DNA of 64,000 bases from Hydrolagus affinis (GCA_012026655.1 JAAILG010000336.1:1-64000), one strand, 5' to 3'. Counted from the stretch's first letter, positions 1 to 15,100 are shown. The notes: generated from the sequence alone by a model not told the origin. A program made the numbers and translations.

Positions 1-49
1 AAACCCCCCCCTCCCCCCCCAAAAAAAAACAGCGAGAGAGGGAAAAAAA

Positions 50-160
50 ATGCCCATTTTACTCTTTTTAATAGATACGTCCGCTTCCATGAACCAGCGG
101 ACTTATTTGGGTACGACGTATTTGGACATAGCCAAAGGCGCGGTTGAGATTTTCATGAAG
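50..160 (+). CDS. INTS6L: INTS6L coding exon 1
   Basis: MPILLFLIDTSASMNQR...VEIFMK; donor GTAATT at 161. Confidence 0.95.
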
Positions 161-3100
161 GTAATTTTATTTTCGTCTTTTTTAAAAAAAATTGATATAA
201 AAAAAACCTCCAACCCAAAACAAAACAATTTCTCCCCCTCCTCCTCCTCCTTCCCCTCCACCCTCTTCCCGCAAAAAAAAGAGGCGTTTAAAAGGCCCAC
301 TTTCTCTCCTCTCTCTCCCCCCCCCCACCCCCAACCCAACACCACCACCTCTTTGATTTGCGATTTTTAAAAAAAACACAAAAAAACAAGAGAGAGGGGA
401 AGGGTGGAGAGGGGGGGTGGGGGGGAGGAAAACAAACTAACAATTATTTGGTCTCTTTAACAGCTGCGAGCCCGAGATCCTGCTAGTAGGGGCGACAGGT
501 ACATGCTAGTTACTTTCGATGAGCCGCCATACGGTATCAAGGTAATGTTTTATTTATTTCAAACGCCGATTTGTTGTCTTGTCACACACTTCAGCGGCTC
601 AGCTTGACTTCCCCCTCTCCCCACCCCCACCGCCCCCTCCCTTTCCTTCTACACTGTCTCACAAAAAAAAGGGGGTTATTTCCACGGAAAACAACAGCCT
701 GCCTTCCCGAGTCCGTGTTAACATGGCGGACATTTTCTTTGTATGGCTCCCGACGAGTGTAATGGAGGTGGGGAGATCCGTCACTGGTGTTTAACATAAA
801 CGGAAATGCATGAGCCTCCTGATAGGATACCGAGTGCTTCCTGTTCTTTACCCTGCACTGGGGAGAGAGAGAGAGAGAGTGGAGGAGGGGGTGGGGAATG
901 GGGGGAATAAATAATATACCGGTACTACTATAATATGTTCATGTGGCACTGCATTTTTCCAATTGCCCCTCAAACATCACCCCCTCCTCCTCGCCCCCCA
1001 CCCTCTACACACACACATATATACACACAAAACTCCCAGCCACTTTTGTTTTGTAAATTGGCAGAATTAGCTTTTCACTTCTGAAAAGAACTTGACATTT
1101 AAACATGATGACTTAAAACAAAACCTTCTAATTCTGCTTCTTTCTGGAAATGTATCCTTCCCCCCCGCCCCTTCATTCTTCGCCATCCTTTCTAAGTGAT
1201 GGTGCGTGAGGAAGTGCAACTTGATGGTTTGCATTACTGGAATAAGACTTAAATCTGCAAAATAAGAAATGTTATTTTCGTTGGGTCCTTTCAAGTTTCT
1301 CATCCTTTATCTCATTAAAATAATGATTCATGGTGATGTAGGTGGATCCATACACCTTTGAGTGACAGTCGGATGATCCATTTGTTAAGATATTTCTCAT
1401 CTTAACCAATGGATCCTCAGGCTGTCTGAAGTAAACTCAGTTGTTAGCAAACAAATAGTAGTACTGTAATAATTTTGCCTTATGTACACACATCTCAAAA
1501 TGGCATCCAATTTGCACATACCAATGCCTCAGAAATGGCCATTAAGTGACTGGCAATTTTTAACAATGATAATAATATTGCTTGCATTTGATGTAGTTTA
1601 TTATACTATTTTGAATTTTATGGGTGGAATGCAACAGCCAGTGCACATAGTAATGTACCCATAAACAGCCATGGAATGAAAGACTAATTATATTTGGGGG
1701 ATTTGTGGCCAGGACACCAGGAGAAACTCACTTCTTGTTTCCAATAGTTTCCATGGGATCTTTAATGTCTACCTGAACAGGCACACAGGCCCTCGGTTTA
1801 ATGTTTTATCTGAAGGACACATCTCCAACAATGCAACATACCCCAAGCACTGCATGAGTGTCATCTTAGACTACATGATTCCACGTCTCAATGTGGGGCT
1901 TGGAACCTATAACCTTACTAGGAGACCAGAATGGTATCACTGAGCCAGTTTGACACATGGTTTGAGGGACTGTTAGTTAGGACAACAGGAGAAATTATTC
2001 TCTTTTGAACAGTGCCTTTGGATCTTTACTATCCACCAGAACAGGCAGATGGGAGCTCAGCTTCCTGTCTCATCGAAAAAGGCAATACATCCAACAATAT
2101 AATGTTCTCCCCAGCCCACAAAATATATAGTCAATTCACTTTACAATGTATTCTGGAAAGCACTTTGAGAAGTCTCAAAGACATGATAAAGGTGCTTTAT
2201 CAAATGCAAGGATGATTATTATTACAGAATGACAATTGAACCTAAATGGCATTCGGTGTTTTTCCTGACGTAAGTTCTTGGGGGAATTTTACATTCTTTT
2301 GGTTTAATAAAACACAATTTTGAATCTTTGTGACAATTGGGGTGAGATGATTGTCTAAACAGTGTTAGGCTAAATGACTAAGACGTTCACTATCAGTACT
2401 GGATATACAATTTAAGTGTAAGATTTTTCAGTGCAAAAGCCTGGAAATGCTTTAATTATAGTCACATAATTAAACTGAAATTTGGTTGCACAATATAGCA
2501 TGATGCTTTATGTTGCATTATGATGTGAAAAAGAACAATGTTGCATCACAAATCTTCATCAATAATTACTGTTGAGGTTTTGTAGGCAAATGCAGTAGCC
2601 ATTTGTGTTAGCAAGGTTACTGATTCACCTGGATGATTTTTGCTTTCTATAACATTGGATCTTTAAAGCCCACTTAAGATCATTTTGGTTTCACATCTCA
2701 GCTTCAGAGAATACGTTTGCAACCTACCAAACCTTTCATTATAGTTTATCTGTTAACCGGTACTTAAACTCCCTGATAACCATCTGAATCTACATTTTAC
2801 TCTCTGCAAAGCCAGTGTATCCTTGAACATTATACCCGAGTGTGGTCTTGCCGGTGTCATGTACAGCTGCAACAGCACTTTGCTTTTCTATTCTATATTT
2901 CCCAGTAACCTCTTAATAGCTCATTGAACCTATAAAGCATCTTTTAGTGATTTTATAATTACGATACAAGTTCCTTGGTTCACTATACCTGCAGAAGCTC
3001 TCCATTTCAATTATTTAGAAATATATGGCAGAAAATATAGCGGAGTGGAATGAATTCAACATGTACAGATATTTGTTGAAAGGAATTGAAAGCAGTCATA

Positions 3101-6100
3101 ACATATCAGATGAATGTCCATGGTAGCTATGGACAATCTGAATTGTTGATATAGTATATAAACAACTTCAACATTTTTTCTCAAAATAGATTTTCTTCTA
3201 AGTGAACTTTTTTTTATTGCAAATGTTCTGAAAAAATGTATTAAACTATCACGTGTTGGGCCTAAAACCATGTATGTGTTAAAAATGAACAGTAGTACAA
3301 CAGTGATTTGACAAAATGTAAAGCAGCTGGCTCAGTTGCTGCTGTTGTAACCGCAACCTGGCAACAACCATTGCTTCTGTTAATATATATGTTTTGACAC
3401 GAACTGTAGCGCAACTACCTAAATTTCCTCTTAAAATGTATTGAAAAATTACAATTGGTGCCATGTTTCCAGTTTGCTTTTAAAATGTGATTATTATCTA
3501 ATAATTATAATAACAACAAATTACATTTGTACGTTAGGATGACATGCCAATAACAATCCTTGCATTTGATATAGCGCCTTATCATGTCTTCCTAACGTGA
3601 TGGACGTCCTCCTGACGTGAAAGGCTCTATACAAGTGTAATTATGTTGTTGTTGTTATCATATCTTCGAGATGTCTCATGCTTCACAGAATACACTGTAA
3701 AGTGAATTGACAATATTTTGTAGGTGAAACTGAGGAGCCATTTGCACACAGCAGTGTCCCACAGCCGTCGTTTAGATGAGCAAATTAATTAATTTTTTTT
3801 GAAGGCAGTATGCCCAAGGTACAATAATAAGATAATGCATAGACTGAGTGCACTATCTGGTTTTGCATAATCAATATTCCCTCCTGCAACCCACAATACT
3901 ATATTATGAAATGGTGTGGGGGGTTCACAGAGCAAAATTAGTTAATTTGTTTAGTATGATCTTTTTCTTGGCCATCAAAAGATTGTGATTTGTATTTCAT
4001 ATATCTGACACGTTGTTTCAGGTACCTGTCTACTTAAGTTATGAAAGTCTGATTGTGATCACTCATATTTGAATGCAGTATTAGTTGGATGAAAATTGAC
4101 CTTGGCCTCTAACTTTGAGTCTGCTGTAACGTGAGAAAGCATATTAAAATAAAAATGAAGAGGTGTGCTGGGTTTGAAATGACAACGTGACACAAACACA
4201 TTGTGATGTAATCGGTAGTTTATATGCTTTTTATAGCAAACAGGTGTACTTTACTCAGAGGACTATGACAGAGAGGTGTTGCTGGATTGGGAACTAAAAA
4301 TGTTTTTAAAAACAGCAATTGAATTATCAAAATTTACAGATAAGATGTTTGGTCATTATGTGAAAGTTTAGCGTTGTTGAGGTGGTGTTAAACATTATTT
4401 GAAAAATGTACAATTACACAAGGTATCTTTTGTGGTTAAAGTATCTTATGATGACGGGCAGCACAGGTATGTAGTTACTCTATTTTTGAAGCATTGTGAA
4501 GTATGAAAATCCTTAATATCATTCAGATTAGACAGGCCTAAGTTTTTCAATGAATCATTGTAATAGAATTCTTGTTTAGAAAGAAAATGTTGTACTCTTA
4601 GTTAATATGCTGTGACTGTTTTACATAGGCAACCATGGCTGCCATTTTTGCACACAGTAGTCTTATAAACAGCCATGAGACGATTGACCACATATCTGGA
4701 AGCTTATTTCCTTGGGATAACAGGATAAATTCTCTTCGAATAATGTCATGGGGTTGACCTGTAAAGGCAAATGGGACCTTGGTTTAATGCTGAACCTGAA
4801 TCCAAAAAGCTCCATCTCCCATAGTGATGTATTCGGTGTTGCACTGGAGTGTCTTGTTGTGGATGGTTGAACCCCACAACCTTCTGACCTAACTGCAAGA
4901 GTGCTACAAACTGAGCCAAGCTGACACACCAGTATAGTCAAGTGGTGAAATTGTCTTTCTCAGGCCAAATATAATAGTCATTATGACGTTTTTATGACTT
5001 CTTGTTATGACTCTTCCAATAGTGGTTTAGTGCAAACCTTTTAAATCAAGGCAGAACATTGATTGGATCTGTACGAATTGTACAAATTATACATCTTGGA
5101 GTTGCACTTTGAAACCTTTATGTGTTCTAGCATAGAATTTACATTCACATTTTAGATACAATTTAAAAAAAAATAGAGGTTAGTTTTGAGTAGTACTTTG
5201 ACATGCCATTTGTCTGCTTTTATAGCATGGTCTGAAATATATGTTTTCATTGTTTATGGCTCTTTGTAATTGAGGATGTATATGAGGAGTTTGATCTGGA
5301 ATGTCCTGGTCTGTTATCTTCTGTTATACATGGGATTTTTCCTTTTTAGGGCACATTTTGGTGGTAAATGTCAGTAAGAGTGCTGTTTAATGACTATTAT
5401 AGATTACCCCTTAAATGTATTGTATTCTTTAAAGTGCTTCACAATGGTTCCTATTATCTAGAGCACTATTTTTTTTTGCTTTCATTTAGAAAATGAACAA
5501 AAGAAGAATTTTAAAAAATAGTAGGTTTGTCCACTTTTTTAAAAAAAATCACCAAATAAATATTTGGAATTGTTGTTGCCTTGGCTCCGTCATTACCATA
5601 CACAGGTATCTGAAGGGAAGCTGAAGTGTGTCGAGGCAGGCTTGTTCCCCTGTCAATAGTCTATTGCGCACACTTGTTTTGGATTTTGGCCCCGAAGTTT
5701 GGAATGCGTGCCTAATCTGGCTATTACCATTAAAAGTCAAAAATGTAATAAACGGAAATAAAACAACATTTTTAATGGATGAAACACTTTAAGAAATTCT
5801 TGGAGAAAAACACAAAATGGTAAAAAAAAGAGAAATAATTTCATGGGTCTCTATTAATTTACTCCTATTGGCTCCCACAAAACACAGTCACTGCACCTTA
5901 TCCTATAAAGCACTTTGGGACATTATCCTGATGTGAAAGGCACTATATGCCAAATGTGAGGATTATTATTAATAATTGGTAGCATTACTCTTATCTCCCA
6001 GTCTTCAATTTGATTTGGTTTTTAAACTGTCAAAAAGCAAAATCCATGAAAGTACATTGGAGTGCGTGATGATTTTATTGGAATTGATTTATTGGATAAC

Positions 6101-9100
6101 ACTTGATTGTATAGAAAAAAATGTTTTCATTGGAAGTACATGTGGAAACTTAAATCCTTTTAATTTGATGGATGGGCTGATTTTCATAGAACAGGATGTA
6201 AGCCATGTTAGGTATATATGCATAATGGATAAATTGTGTGCAAATGACTTACAGGTGTCCTTAATTATGTGACTAACTGTCAATAAAAAGAATTGCTTCC
6301 TAACTACATAACCATTGGTTAACTGTAATATTTCCGCTTCCACTTTGGTTAGTTACATGTTAAAGGTGGGGGGAATTTGGTCATATTTCTGATACTGTCA
6401 TTATACTGAAGCTTTTTCCTGTTCTTAGAATTGCAGTGATTCTGCAAATTGCCAAAGGGTTATACATTTACATTTTTACACAACGAAGAAAAAGAAACTA
6501 AAAAGATTAACTATACTGTATAATGCCCCAGCACAATTTGGAATTAAATTTTTCCTTTTTCATTTTTCTTTGATTTTAAGCAAACGAGTAGCTACAATTG
6601 CATTATGGTTCAAAATCAAGGCAACTTTTCACTTGAATAGTAGTTCAGAAAATGAAGTAGGTTAGAAGTTTCAAATTCAGCCTTATTCCAGAGAAACAAC
6701 ACCTGGCTCACATTCCATTTCACATTATGGCAGTTATATGTATGAACATGTCTGATAACCATTAGGTAATGTCATTATTTTGCAGGCTGGCTGGAAAGAG
6801 AATCATGCAACATTTATGAACGAGTTGAAAAATCTTCAAGCTTCAGGCCTCACCACACTTGGGCAAGCTCTGCGCACATCCTTTGATTTATTAAATCTTA
6901 ACCGATTAGTCTCTGGGATAGATAATTATGGACAGGTGAGTAGGCTAGACATTTACTAAAATAGCTGTTTTTAACCCCTTCAAAACTTGTGTATTTTAGC
7001 AATATTTGGAATAATTTGTAAAGATAAAACTTTTTGGGAGGTGGCCCTTCATTACAGAATGCAGTTTGAAGAATAGTCTGCTGAGGTTTGAAGATTAACC
7101 AGATGATGTCTTGTCCCTATATCTTTGAGGCGTAGCTTTGTTAACTGAATTGTTAAATTAGGTGTTATCTGTTTTTATATCGTAATCCAATGCTGTTTGA
7201 GTAAGGCAGTAAAAGAAGATTGGTTCTGATTGTTTATTTATTCTATAGACCTGTTACTAGCTAACTCTTGGTTGAGAGTCACATACCCAATTCTTCTTTC
7301 TTTCGCTGTACCCTGCAGTAATGGGATGATAATATACAGTAAATCATGATGTTCTTACATTATAAGCCATTGATTTAAATCGAGCAAGGACTTTTCTCTT
7401 TCTCCCATGGCATTTGATAAAACAGCCGCTTGATTTGTTCACTAGACAACAGAGGGAAGAAATCGGATCAGTACAAATTCCAGTTCTGGCAACATTCCAT
7501 CATCGGTTGGGCTGCGCTGAGAGACCCAGAAATGTGTGATATAGCAGTCTTGCTGAGGATCAAAAATGATGCCGGACAATGTTATGAGTAGTACATAGTA
7601 GTATCCAATTTTTAGTATTACTTGATAGGATTCCTTAAGGAATCTCCACCTCACCAATGGGAAATCCTCTAGTAACAGGATGTGGGTCACATTGACAGGC
7701 AGGAACTTTGCTGAAACATGATCTACTTCTGAAGTAGTTCTTCCAGTAGCTTAAGGAACGTGATTTTTTTAAATGATAGATGCTCATTGGAGCCCATCAA
7801 TTGTTGTATTCATTAGTTATGGTGTCTCACTCATGCTGACAGATATTATATACCTGCCAGCATTGCAATAATCACAGAACTCTTGACCAACTGATAGTGG
7901 TGTTTCATGACGTCAAAAGATGCTGTCAATGGAGTGAGAGATGCCTGGAACTTGCACGCAGCTGGCATTCTGTTCTCAATTGCTGCATTCCAAAGTTTAA
8001 TTTTCCTAAACACATTTTGTACCTCAATGACTTGATAACTTGCTATATCAAATGCAAAGATTGTTATTACTAAATTTTGGGAGACTAATATATAATAAAA
8101 GAATATAGCAATAGATTTTCATTGTTATTTAAATCGTTCACCATTTTTTTTAAAGCTAAAATTAAAATTTCATAGCTGGTGTGATTCTCTTCGTCTATAA
8201 AACGATTACATTTGTCAATATGCACTGTGAATGAGCCAGAAAATCTGGAAAAAAGAGAATTGTTTAATGGCAAAATTGTAAAGTGGAAGTTCTTAGCTGA
8301 ACTTAATACTGTGGGTTTTCAAAGGTATATCTCGGTTGATGTTTCATATTAAGCATGTTTTGTTTCATTTGTACAGGGGAGGAATCCTTTTTTTCTGGAG
8401 CCATCTATTATTATTACCATGACTGATGGCAGCAAAATGACAAATAATGCTGGAGTACAAGAAGAAGTAAGATTCTGCTTGTTTAAATTTCCCACAACCC
8501 TGCAATATATATTGAATATTATGGCAGGATTTGGTCTGGTAGAAAGATGGTAATGGAAAGTGGTAATGTCCCCTCATTTTCAATTGTTTAAAAATAGTGA
8601 TTTATTGAACCAAAAGCAAAACGCGGTGAAGTACCAATACCAAGAGATGTCAGCCAGCATTGTCAAAACCGCACATTGCTGTTTTAAAATGAGAAGTAAT
8701 AAATTTATCCTCAGATGTCAGATATCATCTTTATCAAATCACTGTGTTTTATAATGTTTCTATGAAGTTCAGTCACTATTTCAAAGCAATTGTCCCACAA
8801 GAAAACCCCATGAAATTAGTTTAATTTTATCTTGAGGTTTGTTGGCTAGGCTAGAGGGGAAACTCCTTAGGATTGTTCCAAATGGTGCCACCTGCACAGA
8901 TAGAAAGGACCTTGGTTTAACACTTCTTCTGAAGGATGGCACCTTTGACAATGCAGCACTCCATTGGATTGTCTGCCTAGTCTATGAGCTCAGATCCCGA
9001 CGCAATGCTTGAACCCATATGTTTGTGTGACTTGGGACGTCCTCCCGATGTGAAGGATGCTGTTCAAATGTAATTTTGTTGTGACCCAGAAGTCAGATTA

Positions 9101-12100
9101 TTATCCACTGAGCTGGTGATTTTGGAAATATGATCATAGGTTTGGTAAAGTGTGTGGTTGTTTCTGTTTCAGCTTCACTTGCCTCTAAATTCCCCATTGC
9201 CTGGTAGTGAATTAACAAAAGAACCATTTCGATGGGATCAAAGATTGTTTGCACTTGTTTTACGTCTTCCTGGCGCTTCATCTCTCGAAGCAGAACAACT
9301 AGGAAGTGTACCTTCAGATGAATCTGCCATTTCTCAAATGTGTGAAGTTACAGGTGGTAAGTTAGCGCCAATGGTTTTATTTGGTTGAAAGTTTAGTTTT
9401 TTGCAACCAAAGTACACACTTGTCTGATACACATATCATATAGAGGAAGGAGAGATCATTCCTGATTGTATCCTGACATTACAAATATTGAAAAAAAATA
9501 AGACAAAAGCAGTAACTTATGGAGTATAAAATGAGAATTCAGAATAAAATTGTACGCAATACCTGTTTCTAAATGACCTTGGATGTACTCCAGGATGAGG
9601 CAGAGAATTGTCAGAACATATCACCCTACAGTACGAAAATTAAGATCATTGTTCCTGAGGGTGCTTTTCAGTTTGTGGGATAAGAAAATTCCTATTTCGG
9701 GGCTTGGATTTCACTCACAGAATGAGGAATATTATATACACTAAATAATCTGTCATTATTGTTAAATGTGTCTGACACAGAGAAGGATCTTTAGGAGAGA
9801 ATTGTTTCCTGAATATGGTTAATTGAATATATCTTTATCTACAAGTTACTTTGTATATTCTAGTTTCCTATTGTATATCTCCTAAATTCTTGAAGCATGC
9901 AGGTTGCATTTAAAATGGATTTTGTTTCCTAAGAGTTAACAAGTCGAGCCATTAAATAAATGTTATTATTTTATCTTGTCATGCATTTTGGTTGAAGGTC
10001 GATCTTACTGCGTTCGTACACAGCGGATGTTAAACCAGTGCCTGGAATCTTTGGTGCAGAAAGTTCAAAGTGGAGTAGTTATTAATTTTGAAAAAACTGG
10101 ACCAGACCCGGTACCTATAGGAGAAGGTAAGACTAATGCTGAAAACCAGACTCCGAATTTGCACTAATTTACTAATTTTTCATTTAGGTTCAAAGGAAGC
10201 TTTTGTACAACAGGTTTATTTTATAACAACATACCTTGGTGTGGACCAAAAACTCTTAACATTGAAGACTACATTTGGTGTTTTAAAAAAAATGTGAGCC
10301 TTATTTTGGTTAAAGGTTTAATGTCATCTTCGAATAATTTGATGAATGTTACAAAACAATTAAACATTGAAAGAGTAGATATTTCAATTAATTGGAAGTA
10401 AATCTTTAAATGGAATGAAATCAGATTTGGAAGGCCTGCTTGTTATTTCTTGCAATAGTTTAGTGTACCCGAGTTCCAGAGAGGTGTAAACAGGACATCC
10501 GTGTGCAATAGGAAATTGGATGAGGATTTCTTCTATAATTCAAAGAAGTACATATGGGTATTAAAATAGGTCTGTAAAATTATCAAGCAATATTCCCATC
10601 AGAGTATTCATTCCTTTGCCAGTAGAGAACATTATTCAATTGTAAATATTGTCTGGTACATACTATGCTAAGGTAAGATGAAGATTACCAATTTAAGCAA
10701 AAATGTGTTCAGAAAATTGAACATGGGAGAAAAACTATGGCATGTCATCTATGTGCAGTAGCTTTCTACTGCAATAGTCAGACCAAACCTTATAAGTAAG
10801 TCTCACTGACAGTTCGCAGGTTTTAATTTTAAAATGGATGTGCCTAAAGTCACTTCTTTGGCCAATTATATGTTTGTAGAAATAATACATAATTTTAATT
10901 ATTTTAATTTGAATTTAAAACTAAGTACAGTGATTGTGTTTTGCAGGTGAGCGCAGCAGCCAGTTTATGCATAACAATGTCTAGGCATGAAGTGAATGAC
11001 CAATTTTATCTAGGGGATTGTGTTGGCCATGATATCATGAGAAACACCCTTCTCTTTTCCTGAACAGGCCAATGGGATTTTGGTTTTCATACCTCATCCA
11101 AATGAATGCCACCTCCTACAATACAGCACTGCCTTACAGTTTCAGCCTATATATCAAATGCAGGGATTATTATATTATCATACTGTATGAATTCTAAATA
11201 CCAATGCGGGGCTTGAACCTGGAGGCAAGAGTGCTACCGATAGAGCCAGGATGATTGTTCATATTTGTGTTTTATCAAATTACCTTAAATTTATCAATTA
11301 ATGATGAGGACCATATTAAAAGAATAATATGATTACATTATTTAGATGTTTTTGTTCAATCTGGTCATTTTTAATTATTTAAATTGTATTTGTAAACTTA
11401 ATTTTTTTTAAAAAAATCCAATTGCATTAAAATGCAACAACGATAAATTACATTTGTATAGCGCATTTCATGTCTGGAGGCCGTTTCAAGGTGCTGACAC
11501 TGAAGCAAATGAAAATGTTGTTTATAAATTGTGCAAGACAATAAGTAGAGAGTTCCATTTCTTTTACTCTGCTCTATTTCAGATGGCATTGTTGAGACAC
11601 CTAGACCCACTTCATTTACTCCTCAAGCTTGGCATAGCTGTCATAAATTGATTTATGTGCGTCCTAATCCCAAAACCGGTGTGCCTGTGGGACACTGGCC
11701 TATTCCGGAATCTTTCTGGCCCGATCAGAACTCTCCAACGCTGGTGAGTAGTATTGGAGATGGATTTTCCTTTGAGGGTACCCTTTGCTGGATTCTTCGA
11801 ATCTGAAACATAATTGCTATTGCTAAATGCAATTATTAATTTTGATAGGTAAAATGTTGGCTTTACAGCAAAATAATCTGGAAATAATTTTTAGTTGCTT
11901 ACAAATTGGAAGTTTTCCCTGGGAATTTATATGGTTATGTCTAATTAAAAACAAAATTAATCCTTTTTTTTCCCTCAGCCTCCACGTACTGCTCATCCTG
12001 TAGTAAGATTTTCCTGTTCGGATTGTGAACCTATGGTTATTGACAAATTACCTTTCGACAAGTATGAACTTGAGCCTTCACCTTTAACCCAGTACATACT

Positions 12101-15100
12101 GGAGCGCAAATCTCCTCAAAATTGCTGGCAGGTAAGCAGGTCACTGATTAATATGGAGCTTTATTCTACGCTCCTGTCTCATTCATAGTATTTTCTTTGC
12201 CTATAGGGCATTCTAATTTTTAATATTAATCATCTGTGTGATACTGGATAGTTAAAATCTTCTGTGATGTCTGTTTTTTCCACCTGTAGATACTTTTGTC
12301 TCATGAATAATGTTAGTATACTTCCATCAAATTTTATAATGATGGAAAGTTAAGTCCTCACTTTACAGTTTGCCAACTCCAACATAATGCTGGTGATGAA
12401 TGAATTACAGGTTGAGCATCCAAAATCCGGAGTTCCGGAATCCAGACTCCGGAACGATTGGTGGCAGGGTCATTCGGAATCCGTAAAATGTTCCGGAATC
12501 TGGACACCCGGAAATATCACAACCTGGGCCCAGGCATTTCTGGACTCGGGACGCGCTTCTGGCGTTCCGAAGTCTGGAAATATCCGAACCTGGGCTTGGG
12601 CGTTTCCGGACTTCGAACATCAGAAACATGTTCCGAAGTTTTTCTGAAGAAGGAAAAACACGAAAACCGGCTCAGCCCCGGTACCGAGATTGCCGGATTC
12701 AGGACGCTCAACCTATAGTAGAATTATGGCAGTACAATTTAAGGGGAAGAGAAACAGTATTAAGTACAGATTTTCCTGCCCATCAGATAGTGTTGCTGTT
12801 CAGAATGGGGTTTGCAGTTTAAGTATAATTTATACGGATTGACTCTTCCAAATGACAAAATCAATATAGTCATTAAATGGAGGTCCTGTCTTCCTGTTTT
12901 GCACTTTTAAGGCCTCGTGGTTTTGAATTGGTGGAGTAATGAGTTGCCTCTTTCAAGATGTTTCATGCTATATCCATTCAAAAATAAAGCTTCTAAATTG
13001 GTTTAAAGAGTACTTCAATTTGCTTGATTATTGTGCCTTGTCCATAGGTGTTTGTGAGCAGTAGTGGAAAATACAGTGACCTGGGACACGCGTTTGGTTA
13101 TATTAAGGCCAGCACAACATTAACCTGTGTAAATCTCTTTGTTATGCCTTACAACTATCCAGTGCTTCTACCACAGCTTGGTATGTACTTTTAAAAGTTG
13201 GTCATTTTTTAATAATTGTGCAAAAATGGGATTCTGTGTGAAATTTGTAGATCAGTTGAATATGAATTAACCTTGACAAATAAGTAGAAAATAGAAGCTT
13301 ACCTAAAATTATATAAAGATTGTTTTGTATATTTTAAATTATGTATTCACGTATACTTAGAAATGAAGAAATCCTTCAAATAGACTGAGAGGGCAGGAGA
13401 GAAATGTATTCGCAGGTTCAATATGTTTGGACTATTGTTAATGTAAAAAATTGTCACTATCACAAAGACTGCAGATATTAAGGAATCACAAAGCTTCAAA
13501 ATCTCAGCGAAACAATCATACAGGTTTATGGGGAAAGGAGACAGTGGAAGTCTTGACTGATCCTCCTAGATACTAGCACATCAATTTTTTTCCGTGTTTA
13601 GATAATATATTATGAATACAAAGCAATTATCTATAGCAGAAAGATGAACGAGGAAGGAAAAAGAAATTGATCTTTGTCACTGGCCACAGAGAAGACACAT
13701 TATCTTTTTCTCAGGGTTTTCTTATGTGGTTGGTGTTTCTGCAAGACACAATATAAGGGCTTACATATTATAGATTGAATTATACAGCTATCTTCAGTCT
13801 TTTTTCCTTTCTCATTTTAGGAGATAAGGTTGCAATGGAAAATTTGGTATCAGTGCTTCCACTAATATTAGAGATTAACAAAACTGTATCATGCCGGTTT
13901 TCAATTTGATTGCCGTGTCCCAAATATTTAAAGATCTAACAGGCTATCTGAATAGGTCTATCCATTCCATAGGTATTGGTTCCATTTGATACGCTGCCTC
14001 TTAATGGTAATGTCTGAGGAGGTTTCATCTCCAACTCCTCTGAAGTAAACTCAGAAGAGGAGGAGAGAGCATCTTGAGTCTGTTTTTGGAAGAGGGGAAA
14101 GCTTTAGAATTGGAGACACAGAAGACTCTGCCTTGATCCAGGTGAAGTCTTCTAGTTGAATTTAATACCAAAGTGACATTCATGTGCAAATTGGCTATCA
14201 ATGATTGACTCTTTGGTTGTGGATTTTGTTGCAAATCTATTTTGGAAATTCAGAAGCGCTTCACAGGAGATGTCTTGGGTGCTTCCTTTCTCCTTAACCA
14301 TGTTCTTACCACCTTGTAATAAATGCACTGGTTCTTTCCAAGAGAGGGATGTAGACCAAAGGATCACTGCCAGTGCAGATTTACAAATCTCTTTTTATCA
14401 AGTTCACAATAGGAATAAATCCTCATAGCAAAGAGAATAATCTGGTTCATGCTGCATTAGAGTTTTTAAAAAAAAAAAATTGGCTGCTGTCTAAAATGTA
14501 AGAGTCATGCCCACTTATTACTGGCACTGATGTTACCATGTGCAAATAAACTGCTTATTATCTCAAAATGGCAACTTACAAAATTTGAATATTTCATAAA
14601 TCAATAAAGGAAAGTTAATAAGGAGCTGCACTGTGCATTTGAAGAATGCATTGTTCAAAGAGTTGGGGTGTTTCCTGTGCAGTATCTTATTTCCAAAAGA
14701 TTCATTGCACTCTAGGATCATTTGCACAACCATTTCTGTAGATGTCTAGCCTGGGGCACGGGAAGTGATTACTATTTATTTCTATTTATTACTATCTATT
14801 GTTGTCAAGTGGAAATGAATCACATGATTGCACACCAGCAGTTGTTAACTGACGACCTTTCATCCATACAGGATATAAACTATTAGTTACCGGTTGTAGT
14901 TGCTGCGAAAGTTGCGGAATAATCATCTTGCTGAATTTGATTGAATAATAATAAGAATCCTTGCCTTTGATATAGAACCTTATCACGTCTTAGAGACGTC
15001 TCATGCGGCTTCATAAAATATACTTTAAAGTGAATTGACTACACAATTTTTGGTGGACGAAACGCGGCAGCCAATTGCGCACAGCAGTGTCCCACAAACA

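Noticed and set aside
4445-4540. Box C/D snoRNA (ATGATGA at ~4448)
   Set aside because: No suitably placed CTGA D box or terminal stem.
12387-12822. Cluster of overlapping ORFs
   Set aside because: Produced by the GC-rich repetitive MITE interior; no transposase motifs.
13950-14430. Nested gene or exon in INTS6L intron 9
   Set aside because: All frames are interrupted by stops and I recognise no protein family.
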